DNA of 64,000 nt from Alphaproteobacteria bacterium (GCA_963555825.3 CAUVXB020000002.1:3168001-3232000), one strand, 5' to 3'; counted from the first letter of the stretch, positions 50,676-62,636 are shown. Translations and numbers: made by a program. The notes: generated by a model not told the origin, from the sequence alone.

Positions 50676-51800
50676 CTAGTGTCCCGATTCCGAAGTTCGC
50701 ATGATTTTCGCCTGCTGTTCAGCGATTTCGATTGTTCGGAGGCAGAAGCGCTGGATGGCGCCGAGGATGTCATCGGCGGATTTGGTCCATTTGAAGGGTT
50801 TGGGGTTCTGGTTTGTCGTGTCGATGTAGTCGAGGATGGTGCGCTCCAACTCCTTGGTGGAGCGATGGACGCCGCGCCTGATCTGCTTGTCGGTCAGCAG
50901 CCCGAACCAGCGCTCGACCTGGTTCAGCCAGGAGGCGCTGGTGGGTGTGAAATGGGCCTGCCAGCGCGGCCGTTTGGCGAACCAGTCGCGGATCGCCTTG
51001 GTCTTGTGGGTCCCGTAGTTGTCCATGACGATGTGGATGTCGAGATCAGCAGGGACGTTCGCCTCGACGAGGTCGAGGAATTTGCGGAACTCTCGGGCCC
51101 GATGGCGCGGGAAACATTTGCCGATGATCTCTCCCGTGGCGATGTCGAGGGCCGCGAAGAGAGAGGTCGTGCCGTGGCGCTTGTAGTCGTGGCTGCGCCG
51201 CTCCGCCTGCCCGGGGCGCATCGGCAAGAGGGGCTGGGAACGGTCCAGGGCCTGGATCTGGCTCTTTTCGTCGACACAGAGAACCAGGGCACGATCCGGC
51301 GGCGCCAAATACAGACCGACGATGTCGCGGACCTTCTCCACGAAGAAGGGATCGCTCGACAGCTTGAAGGTCTCCGAGCGATGCGGCTGCAAGCCGAAGG
51401 CCCGCCAGATGCGATGAATGGTCGAGGGCGCGTGGCCGCTCGCCCGCGCCATCGAGCGAAGGCTCCAATGGGTCGCGTCCGGCGGCGTCTCTTCCAGCGT
51501 CAGCCGGACCGCTTCCGCGATGGCGTCATCGCCGATTTGACGCGGCGCGCCGGGGCGGGGTTCGTCGTACAGACCGTCGAGGCCCTCCGCCGCATAGCGG
51601 CGACGCCACTTGCCCACGGTGTCCGCGCTCGCCTCGAGACGAACGGCGATCTCCTTGTTCTCCAACCCTTCCGCCGCCGCCAAGACGATCCGAGCCCGCC
51701 GCGCAAGCCCCTGCGACGTCTTGCGACGACGAGACAGCGCCTCCAATTCGGCGCGCTCGTCATCGCTCAAAGAGATCGTCACCGCCACTCTCGCCATCAA
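50676..51800 (-). CDS. IS630 transposase
   Basis: [40 protein letters not shown] and [16 protein letters not shown]. Confidence 0.95.
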   Translation of the reverse strand: MMARVAVTISLSDDERAELEALSRRRKTSQGLARRARIVLAAAEGLENKEIAVRLEASADTVGKWRRRYAAEGLDGLYDEPRPGAPRQIGDDAIAEAVRLTLEETPPDATHWSLRSMARASGHAPSTIHRIWRAFGLQPHRSETFKLSSDPFFVEKVRDIVGLYLAPPDRALVLCVDEKSQIQALDRSQPLLPMRPGQAERRSHDYKRHGTTSLFAALDIATGEIIGKCFPRHRAREFRKFLDLVEANVPADLDIHIVMDNYGTHKTKAIRDWFAKRPRWQAHFTPTSASWLNQVERWFGLLTDKQIRRGVHRSTKELERTILDYIDTTNQNPKPFKWTKSADDILGAIQRFCLRTIEIAEQQAKIMRTSESGH

Positions 51801-51859
51801 TCGCGCCTCCTAAAAACAAATAGAGACATAATCATATCAATTTATCGATCAGGACACTA
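50677..51859 (-). mobile_element. IS630-family insertion sequence (single ORF)
   Basis: TIRs TAGTGTCC(C/T)GAT, CTAG at both ends (50676 and 51857), transposase inside. Confidence 0.93.
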
Positions 51860-51902
51860 GCCTGAGTCTGCTTCCGCACCGTCAGGAGCGGTCATTCAAA
51901 CC

Positions 51903-53120
51903 CTATTGCGCCGCAGTCGTGGTAGAGCCAGTCGTGGTTTGGCCCGTAGCATTGTTGATAATGAACACACTGTTGGCCGCGCTACTGCTACTGGCTAGCA
52001 AGACGTTGAAATCAAGATCACAATCAGGATCAGCACCGAGGAATTGAAATGCCGGGACGGCTGATGGGTCGAAATCTTGGTTGAAATTGAAATTAGGACT
52101 GGTTGCGGGCGAGCCGCCGCCAAGAGTGGGTGTATTCTGGACCTGAAAGGCGCCTGATATGTTTGGGTTTATTGGGTCGAAGGTGACGTTAAAATTGAAG
52201 TTGTAGGTGCCGCCGTCAGTCAACGGGACACCAGAGTCCGAAAACGAGGCGTTCCCAATAGAGGGCAACGGAGGTGGCACCTGCCCGCAGAAGGAACACA
52301 CGATTTCGGAGGGATTGATCGGATCTTCGAGATCGTCCAGCTGCTCATTGGCGTCTCCCGTCGAGCCGGACGTCTCCTTGGCCGCGGCAATGTCCTGTTT
52401 AGCGGTGCGCACCGCCGTTTGGACCGAGGGCGCCAGCTCAGGCGGCAGCGTCGGCAGCGGCGCCACCAACGCCTCCAGGATCGACGCCACTTGCTCGTCG
52501 CTAACCTCGAACGCGGGCATCGGTGGTTGGCCGGCCGCGATGATCGTGCCGAAGCCCGGCCGCGTGAGCGACACCGTCTTGCCCTGGGCGGTGACGTCGA
52601 GGGCGCCTGAAGGTTCGTCCGCGTTGTTTTTCGACCCGGGGCCCAACAGGACGATCAACGAGCCCGCCGCGTCGTTGCGCACCGCGCCGATCGTGCCGCG
52701 CACGCCGATCACGCCGAACGGCACCTTCAACGTCATGGCCTTGTCCGAGCCTTGCGAGGTCTTGCCGGTGACGAAGCGGAACACCCCCGTGGCGAGCGAT
52801 GCCGTGACCTCGCCGATGCCGGTCGCCGGGTCGTAGACGAACTCGTCGACCGTGAGGTCGGCGTTTGGCCCGAGCGTGATGCTGGTCTCGTCGAGCAGCA
52901 TGAGCTGCATGCCCGATTGCTCGTGGCTCTTCAACCCGTCGCCCAGGAAGACGTCCTCGCCGCTGCCGATCGGCCGCACCACCTGTTCGACGACCGGGGT
53001 CACGTCGACTTTGCCGCGCACCGCCGCGGAGACGCCCGCCTGGACCGCGGCCTCCGCCGCGTCGGCGAACAGCAACGCCGCGAGCGCCACGGATGCGGTG
53101 CTCAAATTAATGGCTTTCAT
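51903..53120 (-). CDS. Secreted FecR-domain protein with low-GC Asn/Phe-rich C-terminal domain
   Basis: Signal peptide, MQLMLLDETSITLGPNADLTVDEFVYDP, GVFRFVTG and GVIGVRGT. C-terminal ~140 aa are compositionally distinct. Confidence 0.85.
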   Translation of the reverse strand: MKAINLSTASVALAALLFADAAEAAVQAGVSAAVRGKVDVTPVVEQVVRPIGSGEDVFLGDGLKSHEQSGMQLMLLDETSITLGPNADLTVDEFVYDPATGIGEVTASLATGVFRFVTGKTSQGSDKAMTLKVPFGVIGVRGTIGAVRNDAAGSLIVLLGPGSKNNADEPSGALDVTAQGKTVSLTRPGFGTIIAAGQPPMPAFEVSDEQVASILEALVAPLPTLPPELAPSVQTAVRTAKQDIAAAKETSGSTGDANEQLDDLEDPINPSEIVCSFCGQVPPPLPSIGNASFSDSGVPLTDGGTYNFNFNVTFDPINPNISGAFQVQNTPTLGGGSPATSPNFNFNQDFDPSAVPAFQFLGADPDCDLDFNVLLASSSSAANSVFIINNATGQTTTGSTTTAAQ

Positions 53121-53177
53121 GTTCCGTCGTCTCCCATTCGTCGTTGCCATGCGTTCGCCACGGTGTCGGCCAAATGC

Positions 53178-54671
53178 TCAGAACCGCCACGTCTTGGTGA
53201 ACAACGCCTGGACACCCAAGTTTTTGTAGTCGAAGTTCAGGATGTTGGAACTGGATTTCAGATACTCGATCGACCCGCTCAAGGTTACGTCCTCGAGCTC
53301 GCGCCAAATCTTGCCGGGACCGAACAGGAAGCCCTACGGCGCGCCGTAGGTCGCGCGCACGCGGTAAATATCGTCGTGACGCGTAAGCCCGCTGACGAAC
53401 GTGAACGCCTCGTCGTAACGGTCGCGCTGGTAGGTGACGTTGGTCAACAGAAACTGGCCGCCGCCCAATAGCCAAGTATGCGATAGCCGGACCTGATCGC
53501 GGTCGTAGCCGAGAAAGTCGAGATCGGCGTTCTTGTCGAAGCGGAGATAGTCGCCGGTAATGCGCATCGTCGGCGACATCACATAGCTCGCGCCGACCCT
53601 GCCCTCGATTTGACGGCCATCGCGTGCCGTCGCCCCGGGGTTTTCGGAAATTCCCGTGAAGTCCTGATCCGAGATACGCGCGCTGGCGAACACGGTCAGC
53701 CGGGGCCCGAAGCTCCGCTCGAACCTCAGGTCGAGGCCGTAGTCCTGGTAGAAGTTCGCGTGCGACAGCCGCTGATGCGTGAAGAACACGGTGGGAATGA
53801 TGCTCACGCCCCATGGCCCGCTGCGATAGACGCCGCCGGCCTCGACAGTGAAGCTCTCCAGGTCGAAGGTGTCCTGCTCGACCTGTTCGTCATGGTAGTA
53901 GGTCAGGACGCCGAACAGCTCGTGGCGCTCCTGATACCCGAGATCGTGGTCGACGCGGATGCTGCCGATGCCGAGCAAGGCGAAGTCGTCCTCTTCGACC
54001 TTGTCGACGAGAAGGAACTCATTGCCGCCGATCAGCACCGAACGGGAATCCGGCGTGGCGTCGACGTTGCGGTCGTATTGCCCGCCCAGGCTAAGCGACG
54101 CGGTGTAGCGCGTCCTCTGCCGGAGGTAGCGGATGCGCGCGAGATAGCCCTCCACGTCGGCGCGCACGTCGGCCGGGATGTCGAGCGCGGCGACGGCCGC
54201 GAACTCGCGCTGGGACTCGTTCAGGTTCTCGAGGCGGAACAGCACGATGGCGTAGAACAGCCGAATTTGCACGAGGCCCGGGTCGACCAAGAGGATGCGC
54301 TCCAGCGTGGTGACCGCGCCATGAAGGTTGCCCGCCCGCACCTGGGTCCGCGCATATCGGAAACCCAGTTCGACGTTGTCGGGATCCTTGAGCACCTCGG
54401 CGTAGGTCACCGGCTCGAACGCGCCGGTGTCCTGGAGGTCGCGCGCCAGCTCGGCGGCGCGCCGCGCCTGCTCGGCGGCGGTCGTCTCGCGCTCGGGCTG
54501 ATCGGTGATTTCGGTCTGCGCCAAAGCCGCGGTCGCGGCAATCACGAACGCCGCGGCCAGCGCCGTCAAGGCCAAGAGTGTTTGGTGGCAAGGGCGCGCC
54601 CATTGGCCGGCCCTACGAACGCGGGCGACACCCCGCCGAACGAAAAGATCGTCAATCCTGTTGGTGTCCAC
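53178..54671 (-). pseudogene. Slam/DUF560-like TPR + outer-membrane beta-barrel with in-frame TAG at 53334-53336
   Basis: TPR (VLKDPDN...TLERILL...IRLFYAIVLFRL) followed by beta-strands. The frame continues 51 codons past the TAG to ...ALFTKTWRF*, a typical terminal-Phe beta-signal. Confidence 0.8.
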
Positions 54672-55062
54672 GATTCCCCCAACCGTAAACGTAACATACA
54701 CACTGAACCGCGACCGCCGTGGCAACCCCGCAAACGGTCAGCGGAACAGGCACAACCTTACACCACATCATATTGATGGGCAATTCGCAGTTGCGGCCAG
54801 GGTTGGTCATCGTCGCGCGCCGCCTCGCCGCCACATGAGAACCGCCGTCCGAGACGACGGACGCAAGCTCCGCTTAATATTTGACCGGGATCAGGCGAGA
54901 CTACCGTCACCGATCCGGGCGAACCGATCCACCCATTTGGTCCGCGAAAACGTCGGCCGCGAGATCGCCGCATCTCGCTTGGCGGCGCGATTGGTGCCCG
55001 ATCGCGCTCAAATCGCATAACATCAACGTCGCCAATGGCCCGTCGTCGATTGGGGGGAGCCC

Positions 55063-55356
55063 ATGACTGTCCAGCTACGTCTTTACACGATCAACAGTGG
55101 CTGCCTTCGGCAGTTTGCCGAGGAGTGGAAGGCGAACGTCTTGCCGCTGCGATTGGAACACGGCTTTCGGGTGTACGACGCGTGGATCATCGAGGAGACC
55201 AATCAATTTGCCTGGCTGATCGGCTATGACGGTTCCGAGAGTTGGGCGGCCAAGGAAAGCGCCTACTACGCATCCCAAAAGCGCAAGGCCATGGCGCCGA
55301 ACCCGGCCCGGCTGATCGCCAGGCCGGAACAGTATTTCGTCGAGAGCATTCTTTGA
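55063..55356 (+). CDS. NIPSNAP-family protein
   Basis: QLRLYTI..G....F...W...V.PLR..HGF pattern. Confidence 0.8.
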   Translation: MTVQLRLYTINSGCLRQFAEEWKANVLPLRLEHGFRVYDAWIIEETNQFAWLIGYDGSESWAAKESAYYASQKRKAMAPNPARLIARPEQYFVESIL

Positions 55357-55416
55357 AACGACGCCATCCGGACGAACCGGGAGGCCATTCTCCGGCACGG
55401 TGCATCCCGGCAGTCG

Positions 55417-56547
55417 CTAAAGCCCGCCGAACCGCTTCAGGTGGTGGTCGGCGTCGCCGAACTGGCGGTCGATCATGCTGAGGCGCTTGAAGTAGTGGCC
55501 GACGTAGTACTCGTCGGTCATCGCGATGCCGCCGTGGATCTGCACCGCCTCCTGGCCGATCAGGCGACCCGCCTCGCCGACCTGCACCTTGGCCGCCGAG
55601 ACCGCCTTGGCGCGCTCGACCGGGTCCGCGTCGTCGGCCTTGATCGCCGCCAGATAGACCAGCGACTTGGTCTCCTCATAGGCGATGAACATGTCGACCA
55701 TGCGGTGCTGCAGCGCCTGGAACTTGCCGATCGGCTGCTCGAACTGGACGCGCGTCTTGGAGTACTCGAGGGTCGCCTCGTTGAGCACCGCCATGATGCC
55801 GAGCGCCTCGGCGCATATCGCCGCGGTGGCCTTATCGACGACGCGCTCGATCAGCGGCAGGCCGGCGTCCCATTCGCCGATCAGCGCGTCGGCCGGCACG
55901 CGCAAGTTCTCGAAGCCGAACTCGGCGGCGCGCAGCCCGTCGACGGTCGGGTAATCGCGCACCGACAATCCCTCGGCGCCGCGCTCGACCACGAATAGCG
56001 AGATACCATCGGTGTCGCGCCGCTCGCCGGCTGAGCGCGCCGAGACGATGACCTTGTCGGCGCTGCCGCCGGCCATGACGACGCATTTCGCGCCGTCGAT
56101 GACGACCCCGTCGCCGTCGCGCCGGGCGCTCACCGTGACATCGTGGAGATCGTAGCGCGACGTCGGCTCGGCATAGGCGAAGGCGAGCAGCAGGCGTCCC
56201 TCGGCGAGCAAAGGCAGGAGTTCCGCTTTATGATCCGCGGTGCCGCCGAGCGCGATCAGCCCGCCGCCGAGCAGGATCGAGGGGACGAACGGCTCGACCG
56301 CGAGGCCGCGCCCCAACCCCTCCATCAGCACCATCGTCTCGGCCGCGCCGCCGCCAAGGCCGCCGAACTCCTCGGGCAGGGTCGCCGCGAGCCAGCCGAG
56401 CTCGGCGAAGCGCGCCCAGGTCGCGCGGTCGAAGCCCTCGTCCGCTGCCGACGCCGCGCGGCGTGTCGCGAAGTCGTAGTCCTCGCGCACGAAACGCTCG
56501 AGGCTGTCCTTGAGAAGCCGCTGATCGAATGACAGCGAAAAATCCAT
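55417..56547 (-). CDS. Acyl-CoA dehydrogenase, PimD-like small subunit
   Basis: LLAFAYAEP.SRY, RVQFEQPIGKFQALQHRM and VQIHGGIAMTDE. Confidence 0.9.
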   Translation of the reverse strand: MDFSLSFDQRLLKDSLERFVREDYDFATRRAASAADEGFDRATWARFAELGWLAATLPEEFGGLGGGAAETMVLMEGLGRGLAVEPFVPSILLGGGLIALGGTADHKAELLPLLAEGRLLLAFAYAEPTSRYDLHDVTVSARRDGDGVVIDGAKCVVMAGGSADKVIVSARSAGERRDTDGISLFVVERGAEGLSVRDYPTVDGLRAAEFGFENLRVPADALIGEWDAGLPLIERVVDKATAAICAEALGIMAVLNEATLEYSKTRVQFEQPIGKFQALQHRMVDMFIAYEETKSLVYLAAIKADDADPVERAKAVSAAKVQVGEAGRLIGQEAVQIHGGIAMTDEYYVGHYFKRLSMIDRQFGDADHHLKRFGGL

Positions 56548-56587
56548 GATGTGCGCCTACCGATGCCACCGGCGCCCGGCCACCCTC

Positions 56588-56612
56588 GTAGCGGTGGGTT
56601 TGAAACCCGCCC

Positions 56613-56616
<4 letters not shown>
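56588..56616. repeat. GTAG-type REP-like palindrome
   Basis: GTAGCGGTGGGTTTGAAACCCGCCCCTAC, an imperfect palindrome with GTAG/CTAC ends. Overlaps the TAG of the upstream gene. Confidence 0.7.
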
Positions 56617-57809
<1,193 letters not shown>

Positions 57810-57910
57810 GATCGTGCCGTGGTTCTAATTCCCAGTCTTCCGATGCTATACAGCAGCCAGGCGATGTTCAATCGCTGTCGGGCGAAACATGCGGCGTGAC
57901 GGAGGTGACG

Positions 57911-58666
57911 ATGTTCGATCTGACGGGCAAGGTGGCGCTGGTGACCGGCGCGACCAAGGGCATCGGCCGCGCCATCGTCGAGGCGCTGGCCACGGCCGGC
58001 GCCAAGGTCGTCGTCTCGAGCCGCAAGCAGGATCGCTGCGACGCGGTCGCCCAAGCCATCATCGACGCCGGCGGCGAGGCGTTGGGCGTCGCCTGCAACG
58101 TCTCGCATATCGACCAGCTCCAGGCGCTGGTCGATGCGACCCTCGAGGCCTATGGCCGGATCGACACGCTGGTCTGCAACGCGGCCGTGAACCCGCATTA
58201 CGGCCCGGCGCGGAGCGTGACCGAAGAGGCCTACGCCAAGATCATGGACTCGAACGTCAAGAATAACTTGTGGCTCTGCAACATGGTGCAGCCGCAGATG
58301 GCCGCACGGCGCGACGGGTCAATCATCATCGTCTCGTCGATCGGTGGCCTGAAGGGCAATGCGGCGATCGGCATCTACGGTCTCTCCAAGGCCGCCGACA
58401 TGCAGCTCGCGCGCAATCTGGCGGTCGAATGGGGGCCCGACAACATCCGCGTCAACTGCATCGCGCCCGGCCTGGTGCGGACCGACTTCGCCCGCGCCTT
58501 GTGGGAAGACCCCGAGTTGGCGGCGCGCGCCGTAGAGCGCTATCCGCTCGGTCGCCTCGGCGAGCCCGACGACATCGCCGGCGCCGCGGTCTTCCTGGCC
58601 GCCCGCTCGGGCGACTGGATCACCGGCCAGACGATCGTCGCCGACGGCGGCTTCATGGCGACGTAG
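57911..58666 (+). CDS. Short-chain dehydrogenase/reductase
   Basis: VTGATKGIG, NAA, YGLSK and RVNCIAPG. SD GGAGG. Confidence 0.93.
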   Translation: MFDLTGKVALVTGATKGIGRAIVEALATAGAKVVVSSRKQDRCDAVAQAIIDAGGEALGVACNVSHIDQLQALVDATLEAYGRIDTLVCNAAVNPHYGPARSVTEEAYAKIMDSNVKNNLWLCNMVQPQMAARRDGSIIIVSSIGGLKGNAAIGIYGLSKAADMQLARNLAVEWGPDNIRVNCIAPGLVRTDFARALWEDPELAARAVERYPLGRLGEPDDIAGAAVFLAARSGDWITGQTIVADGGFMAT

Positions 58667-58931
58667 TGGATAGAATCCAACATATGGCAGCCATACGACG
58701 GCGTCCCAAGGTCGTCCGGAAAGGCGCCCGATGTGCGGTGATGCTGGAGCATCACAAGCATCGGGCAACGCATCCGGCGGCCTTGGGACGCCGCCCTGCG
58801 GGTGCCATATCCCGGCTTCTCGGGGCGTCGAACACCCTTGCCGATGCTTCGGCATCGCCGGCGCGCGCTCTCCTGCCGAGAAACCGGGATATGGGATCGT
58901 ATGGGCACCCTATGTTGAATTCTATCCACTA
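58664..58931. mobile_element. MITE-C: 268-bp TA-flanked miniature inverted-repeat element
   Basis: ~35-bp TIRs TAGTGGATAGAAT(C/T)CAACATA..., two internal hairpins and a central CCCTGCGGG. It starts in the SDR TAG. Confidence 0.88.
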
Positions 58932-58949
58932 GCCCCGCCGAGCCAACCG

Positions 58950-61049
58950 ATGACCAACGTCCACCGCCTCGCGTCCCTGCTGGCGCCGCGCTCGGTCGCC
59001 CTGGTCGGCGCGTCGCCCAGGCCGGGCAGCATCGGCAACGACATGATCGCCGTGCTGCGCGACAACGGCTTCGCCGGCGACATCCATCTGGTCAATCCCA
59101 AGTACGATACGATCGACGGTGTGCCGTGCCACGCGTCGATCGGCGCGATCGGGTCACCGCCCGATCTCGCGGTGCTCGGCGTCGGCACGCGCCAGATCGA
59201 ACCGACCTTCGACGACGCCCTGGCCGCCGGCGCCGGCGCGATTGTCCTCTTCGACGGCCTGTTCGATAAGGCCGACGCCGGGCACGCGCTGCGCGCGCGG
59301 CTTGCGGCCAAGGCGGCGCAAGCCGGCGTGCCGGTGCTCGGCGGCAATGGCATGGGCTACTACAACTTCGACGCCAGGACCCATGTCAGCTTCCAGGCGC
59401 CGCCCGACCGCAAGCCCGGCGGCATCAGCCTGATCGCCCATTCGGGCTCGGTCTTCGTGCTGCTCGCCGCCAACGATCCGCGCTACCGCTTCAACCTGAT
59501 CGTCTCGCCGGGCCAGGAGATCAACGCGTCGGTCTCCGATTACATGGACTATGCGCTGGCGATGCCGACCACACGGGTGCTCGCGCTGTTCCTCGAGACG
59601 GTGCGCGACCCGGCGGGCTTCGTCGCGGCGTTAGAGAAGGCGCGCGAGCGCGACGTGCCGGTCGTGGTGCTCAAGGTCGGGCGCACCGAGGCGAGCGCCC
59701 GGTTCGCGGCGACGCATTCGGGCGCCATCGCCGGCGACGACGCGGCCTACGAGGCGGTCTTCGAGCGCTATGGCGTCGCCCGCGTCGCGACGCTCGATCA
59801 GCTGATGGCGACCGCGCAGCTGCTCGCCCATGCCAAGCGGCCGCGCAACGGCGGCCTCGTCGCGCTGACCGATTCAGGCGGCCTGCGCGAGTTGATGATC
59901 GATTTGGCCGACGACCTCGGCGTCGGTTTCGCAGCACTTGCGCCGGCGACCACAGCCAAGCTCGAGGCGCGCCTGCCGGGCCATCTCGCGCCGATCAATC
60001 CGGTCGACGCCGCCGGCTCGCTAACGCCCGAGTTCACCGCCATCTTCGACGACTGCCTGGGCCATCTGATGGCGGATGCGAACGCGGCGATCGGCCTGTT
60101 CGAGTTCGAGGCGCGCGACGACTTCCAGTATCTCCCCGCCTTCGTTGACGTCGCCCTGCGCAGGGCCGAAACCCACGACACGCCGCTGGTCGTGATGAGC
60201 AGCTTCTCAGGCACCCGGAACTGGGGCATCGCCGAGCGCCTCGCCGACGCCGGCGTGCCGCTGGTCAACGGCGTGCAGAGCGCGCTCGACGCGGTGCGCC
60301 ACTGTCTCGCCTACCGGGACTTCCACGCGCGCGGCGAGATGCGGCCGCCGACCGGTCCGCCGGACGGCGTCGTCGACCGCTGGCGCGGCCGGCTCGCCTG
60401 CGGCGCCGTGCTCGACGAGGCCGAGAGCCTCGGGCTGCTGCGCGACTTCGGCGTCGCAGCAGTGGAACCGCGCATCGCAGAGGACCGGGCGGCGGCGCTC
60501 GCCGCGGCCGAGGCGCTCGGTTATCCGCTGGTCATGAAGACCGCGGCGGCCGGCATCCAACACAAGACCGAGGTCGGTGGGGTTCACCTCGGCCTCGGCG
60601 ACGCCGACGCGGTGGCCCGCGCCTGGGACGACCTCGCCGGGCGCCTCGGGCCGCGCGCGAGTCTCGCGCCGATGATCGCCGGCGGCGTCGAGCTCGCCTT
60701 CGGCATGGTCAACGATGCCCAATTCGGGCCGATCGCGCTGATCGCGAGCGGCGGCCGGCTGATCGAGGTTCTGCGCGACCGCGTCTTCGCGCTCGCGCCG
60801 GTCGATGGGACGCAAGCGCGGCGTCTGATCGACCGGCTCGGCGCCCGTCCGCTGCTCGACGGCGTGCGTGGCGCGCCGGCCGCCGACATCGCGGGCCTCG
60901 CCGACGCCTTCGCCCGCTTCTCGGTGCTCGTCGCGACGCTGGGCGACACGATCGGCGCGCTCGACGTCAATCCGGTCGTCGTGACCGAGACCGACTGCAT
61001 CGCCGTCGACGCCCTGGTCATCGGCGCCGACCGGCCGGCCAATCGTTAG
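58950..61049 (+). CDS. Acetate--CoA ligase family protein (paralog of 44847-46949)
   Basis: PRSVALVGAS, GGNGMG, THSGAIAG, HKTEVGGV, DAQFGP and LDVNPV. Confidence 0.9.
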   Translation: MTNVHRLASLLAPRSVALVGASPRPGSIGNDMIAVLRDNGFAGDIHLVNPKYDTIDGVPCHASIGAIGSPPDLAVLGVGTRQIEPTFDDALAAGAGAIVLFDGLFDKADAGHALRARLAAKAAQAGVPVLGGNGMGYYNFDARTHVSFQAPPDRKPGGISLIAHSGSVFVLLAANDPRYRFNLIVSPGQEINASVSDYMDYALAMPTTRVLALFLETVRDPAGFVAALEKARERDVPVVVLKVGRTEASARFAATHSGAIAGDDAAYEAVFERYGVARVATLDQLMATAQLLAHAKRPRNGGLVALTDSGGLRELMIDLADDLGVGFAALAPATTAKLEARLPGHLAPINPVDAAGSLTPEFTAIFDDCLGHLMADANAAIGLFEFEARDDFQYLPAFVDVALRRAETHDTPLVVMSSFSGTRNWGIAERLADAGVPLVNGVQSALDAVRHCLAYRDFHARGEMRPPTGPPDGVVDRWRGRLACGAVLDEAESLGLLRDFGVAAVEPRIAEDRAAALAAAEALGYPLVMKTAAAGIQHKTEVGGVHLGLGDADAVARAWDDLAGRLGPRASLAPMIAGGVELAFGMVNDAQFGPIALIASGGRLIEVLRDRVFALAPVDGTQARRLIDRLGARPLLDGVRGAPAADIAGLADAFARFSVLVATLGDTIGALDVNPVVVTETDCIAVDALVIGADRPANR

Positions 61050-61462
61050 GGCGCATAGCCAAAGACCGCGACGTCAAGCGCCCCCAATCGCGACTCCCCA
61101 TCATCCACTTGCGAGCCGGAAGCAGACGCCGCCACTCATGCCTCCCGACGTCAGCGCATAGCCATAACCTGACGGTGAGGTGTCGCCGTCAGACTCGATT
61201 GACCGCCTTCGCTACCGAGACACCGCCGCCTTCATGATCTATCTAATCGCTGCGCCACTCGGAAACCTCTCCGATTCCATTTGAAACGTCGAAGAACCGT
61301 TTATATGATCGTAAAGCATTGCAATGCACTGCGGTGGCGAACGCGCCGCGTGACTCTCCAGTGTTGCGACTTGCGGCGCGTGAATCGTTTCGATGTCGTT
61401 GAAACGTCGTGTTTCATACGTTTTCGACGGCGCCTCCGCGGACTCGCCCAAGGAAGTCAAAG

Positions 61463-61897
61463 ATGCACATTTCCGACATACTGAATGCTAAGGGAACCGA
61501 GGTGATCGCGACCGGACCCGCCGAGACGGTGGCGGCGACGGCACGCCTCTTGAACTACCAGCGCATTGGCGCGGTGCTCGTGCGCGACGCCAAGGACAAC
61601 GTCGTCGGTGTCATCTCGGAACGCGACATCATTCGCGGCATCGCCGTCAACGGCGCCCGCGCGCTCGACATGGAGGTGCGCGAGTTGATGACCAGAGAGG
61701 TCGTCTCGTGCAAGCCGACCGACACCATCTCCGAAGTCATGCGGGTCATGACGACACGCCGCTTCCGCCATCTGCCGGTGATGGAGGACGGTGCGCTCAA
61801 GGGGATGATCAGCATCGGCGACGTGGTGAAGCACCGTCTCGACGAATCCGAATTAGAGACGCGCGTCCTGCGCGACTACGTCATCGCCAGCCACTGA
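61463..61897 (+). CDS. CBS-domain protein
   Basis: IGAVLV, GVISERDI, MTREV, RFRHLPV and ISIGDVVK. Confidence 0.93.
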   Translation: MHISDILNAKGTEVIATGPAETVAATARLLNYQRIGAVLVRDAKDNVVGVISERDIIRGIAVNGARALDMEVRELMTREVVSCKPTDTISEVMRVMTTRRFRHLPVMEDGALKGMISIGDVVKHRLDESELETRVLRDYVIASH

Positions 61898-62375
61898 GAC
61901 CATTCGTAATAACTGCCGCGATCGCTAAGCATCCCATACCGCGAACTTGGTAGATTCGGATTAGGTCACTCGTACCACCAAGAGCCTGACATCACCGATG
62001 TCTGCAAAGAAGTCATGTGTGGACATCCGTCGATCGCGCTCCCGATGGCCGGGTTGGAGCGGTTAGCGGACGCTGATGGACCGGGATATCATCGGAAATC
62101 GACGGGACGTCTTCCTGCCCAGGCGACTTTGGGGTCTGTAGGACGGCTCGCTCTCCAATAAAATTTCACCGCCCGCGCCGGTTTACCGGAAAACCCGGTT
62201 ATCAGGAATTTTCGGCCTCGCCTAAGCGACGCCGGGCGTCCGTGCATTGACCGCCGGCTCGGACGCGCCGCCGGGTATTCCAGAAATTATGAATTTCCAT
62301 CCCGGGCCGTTTCGCTGGCGGCATGGGGCATCGCCCTGGCGTGCTTAACCAACTGCAACAAGGAGAGTCGAAACC

Positions 62376-62636
62376 ATGGCAGCGTCAAGCGCCACACGGT
62401 CCAACGACGTCTTTGTTGGCTTCGGCGCCCGAGACGGCGTATCCGGCAACCACGGCGGCACAATGGCGTCGTCCGAAGCGGACAGTCTCTACTACGGGCT
62501 ACACCGCGAATTGATGGACGCCGGCTGCTTCGAGCCCGCCCCCTGGTCCGAAATCGGCAGCATGATCTTCGTGGGTTCGGACGCCAAAAATTCCCCAGAG
62601 CCAAGACGTCCTGACACTCTTATCATAACCCGTTGA
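62376..62636 (+). CDS. Hypothetical protein or gene remnant
   Basis: Good SD (AAGGAGA) before the ATG, but no recognisable family. Confidence 0.35.
   Translation: MAASSATRSNDVFVGFGARDGVSGNHGGTMASSEADSLYYGLHRELMDAGCFEPAPWSEIGSMIFVGSDAKNSPEPRRPDTLIITR

Noticed and set aside
53334-53336. Pyrrolysine or programmed amber readthrough
   Set aside because: No pyl genes are visible, TAG is a normal stop for many genes here, and the palindrome offers a simpler explanation.
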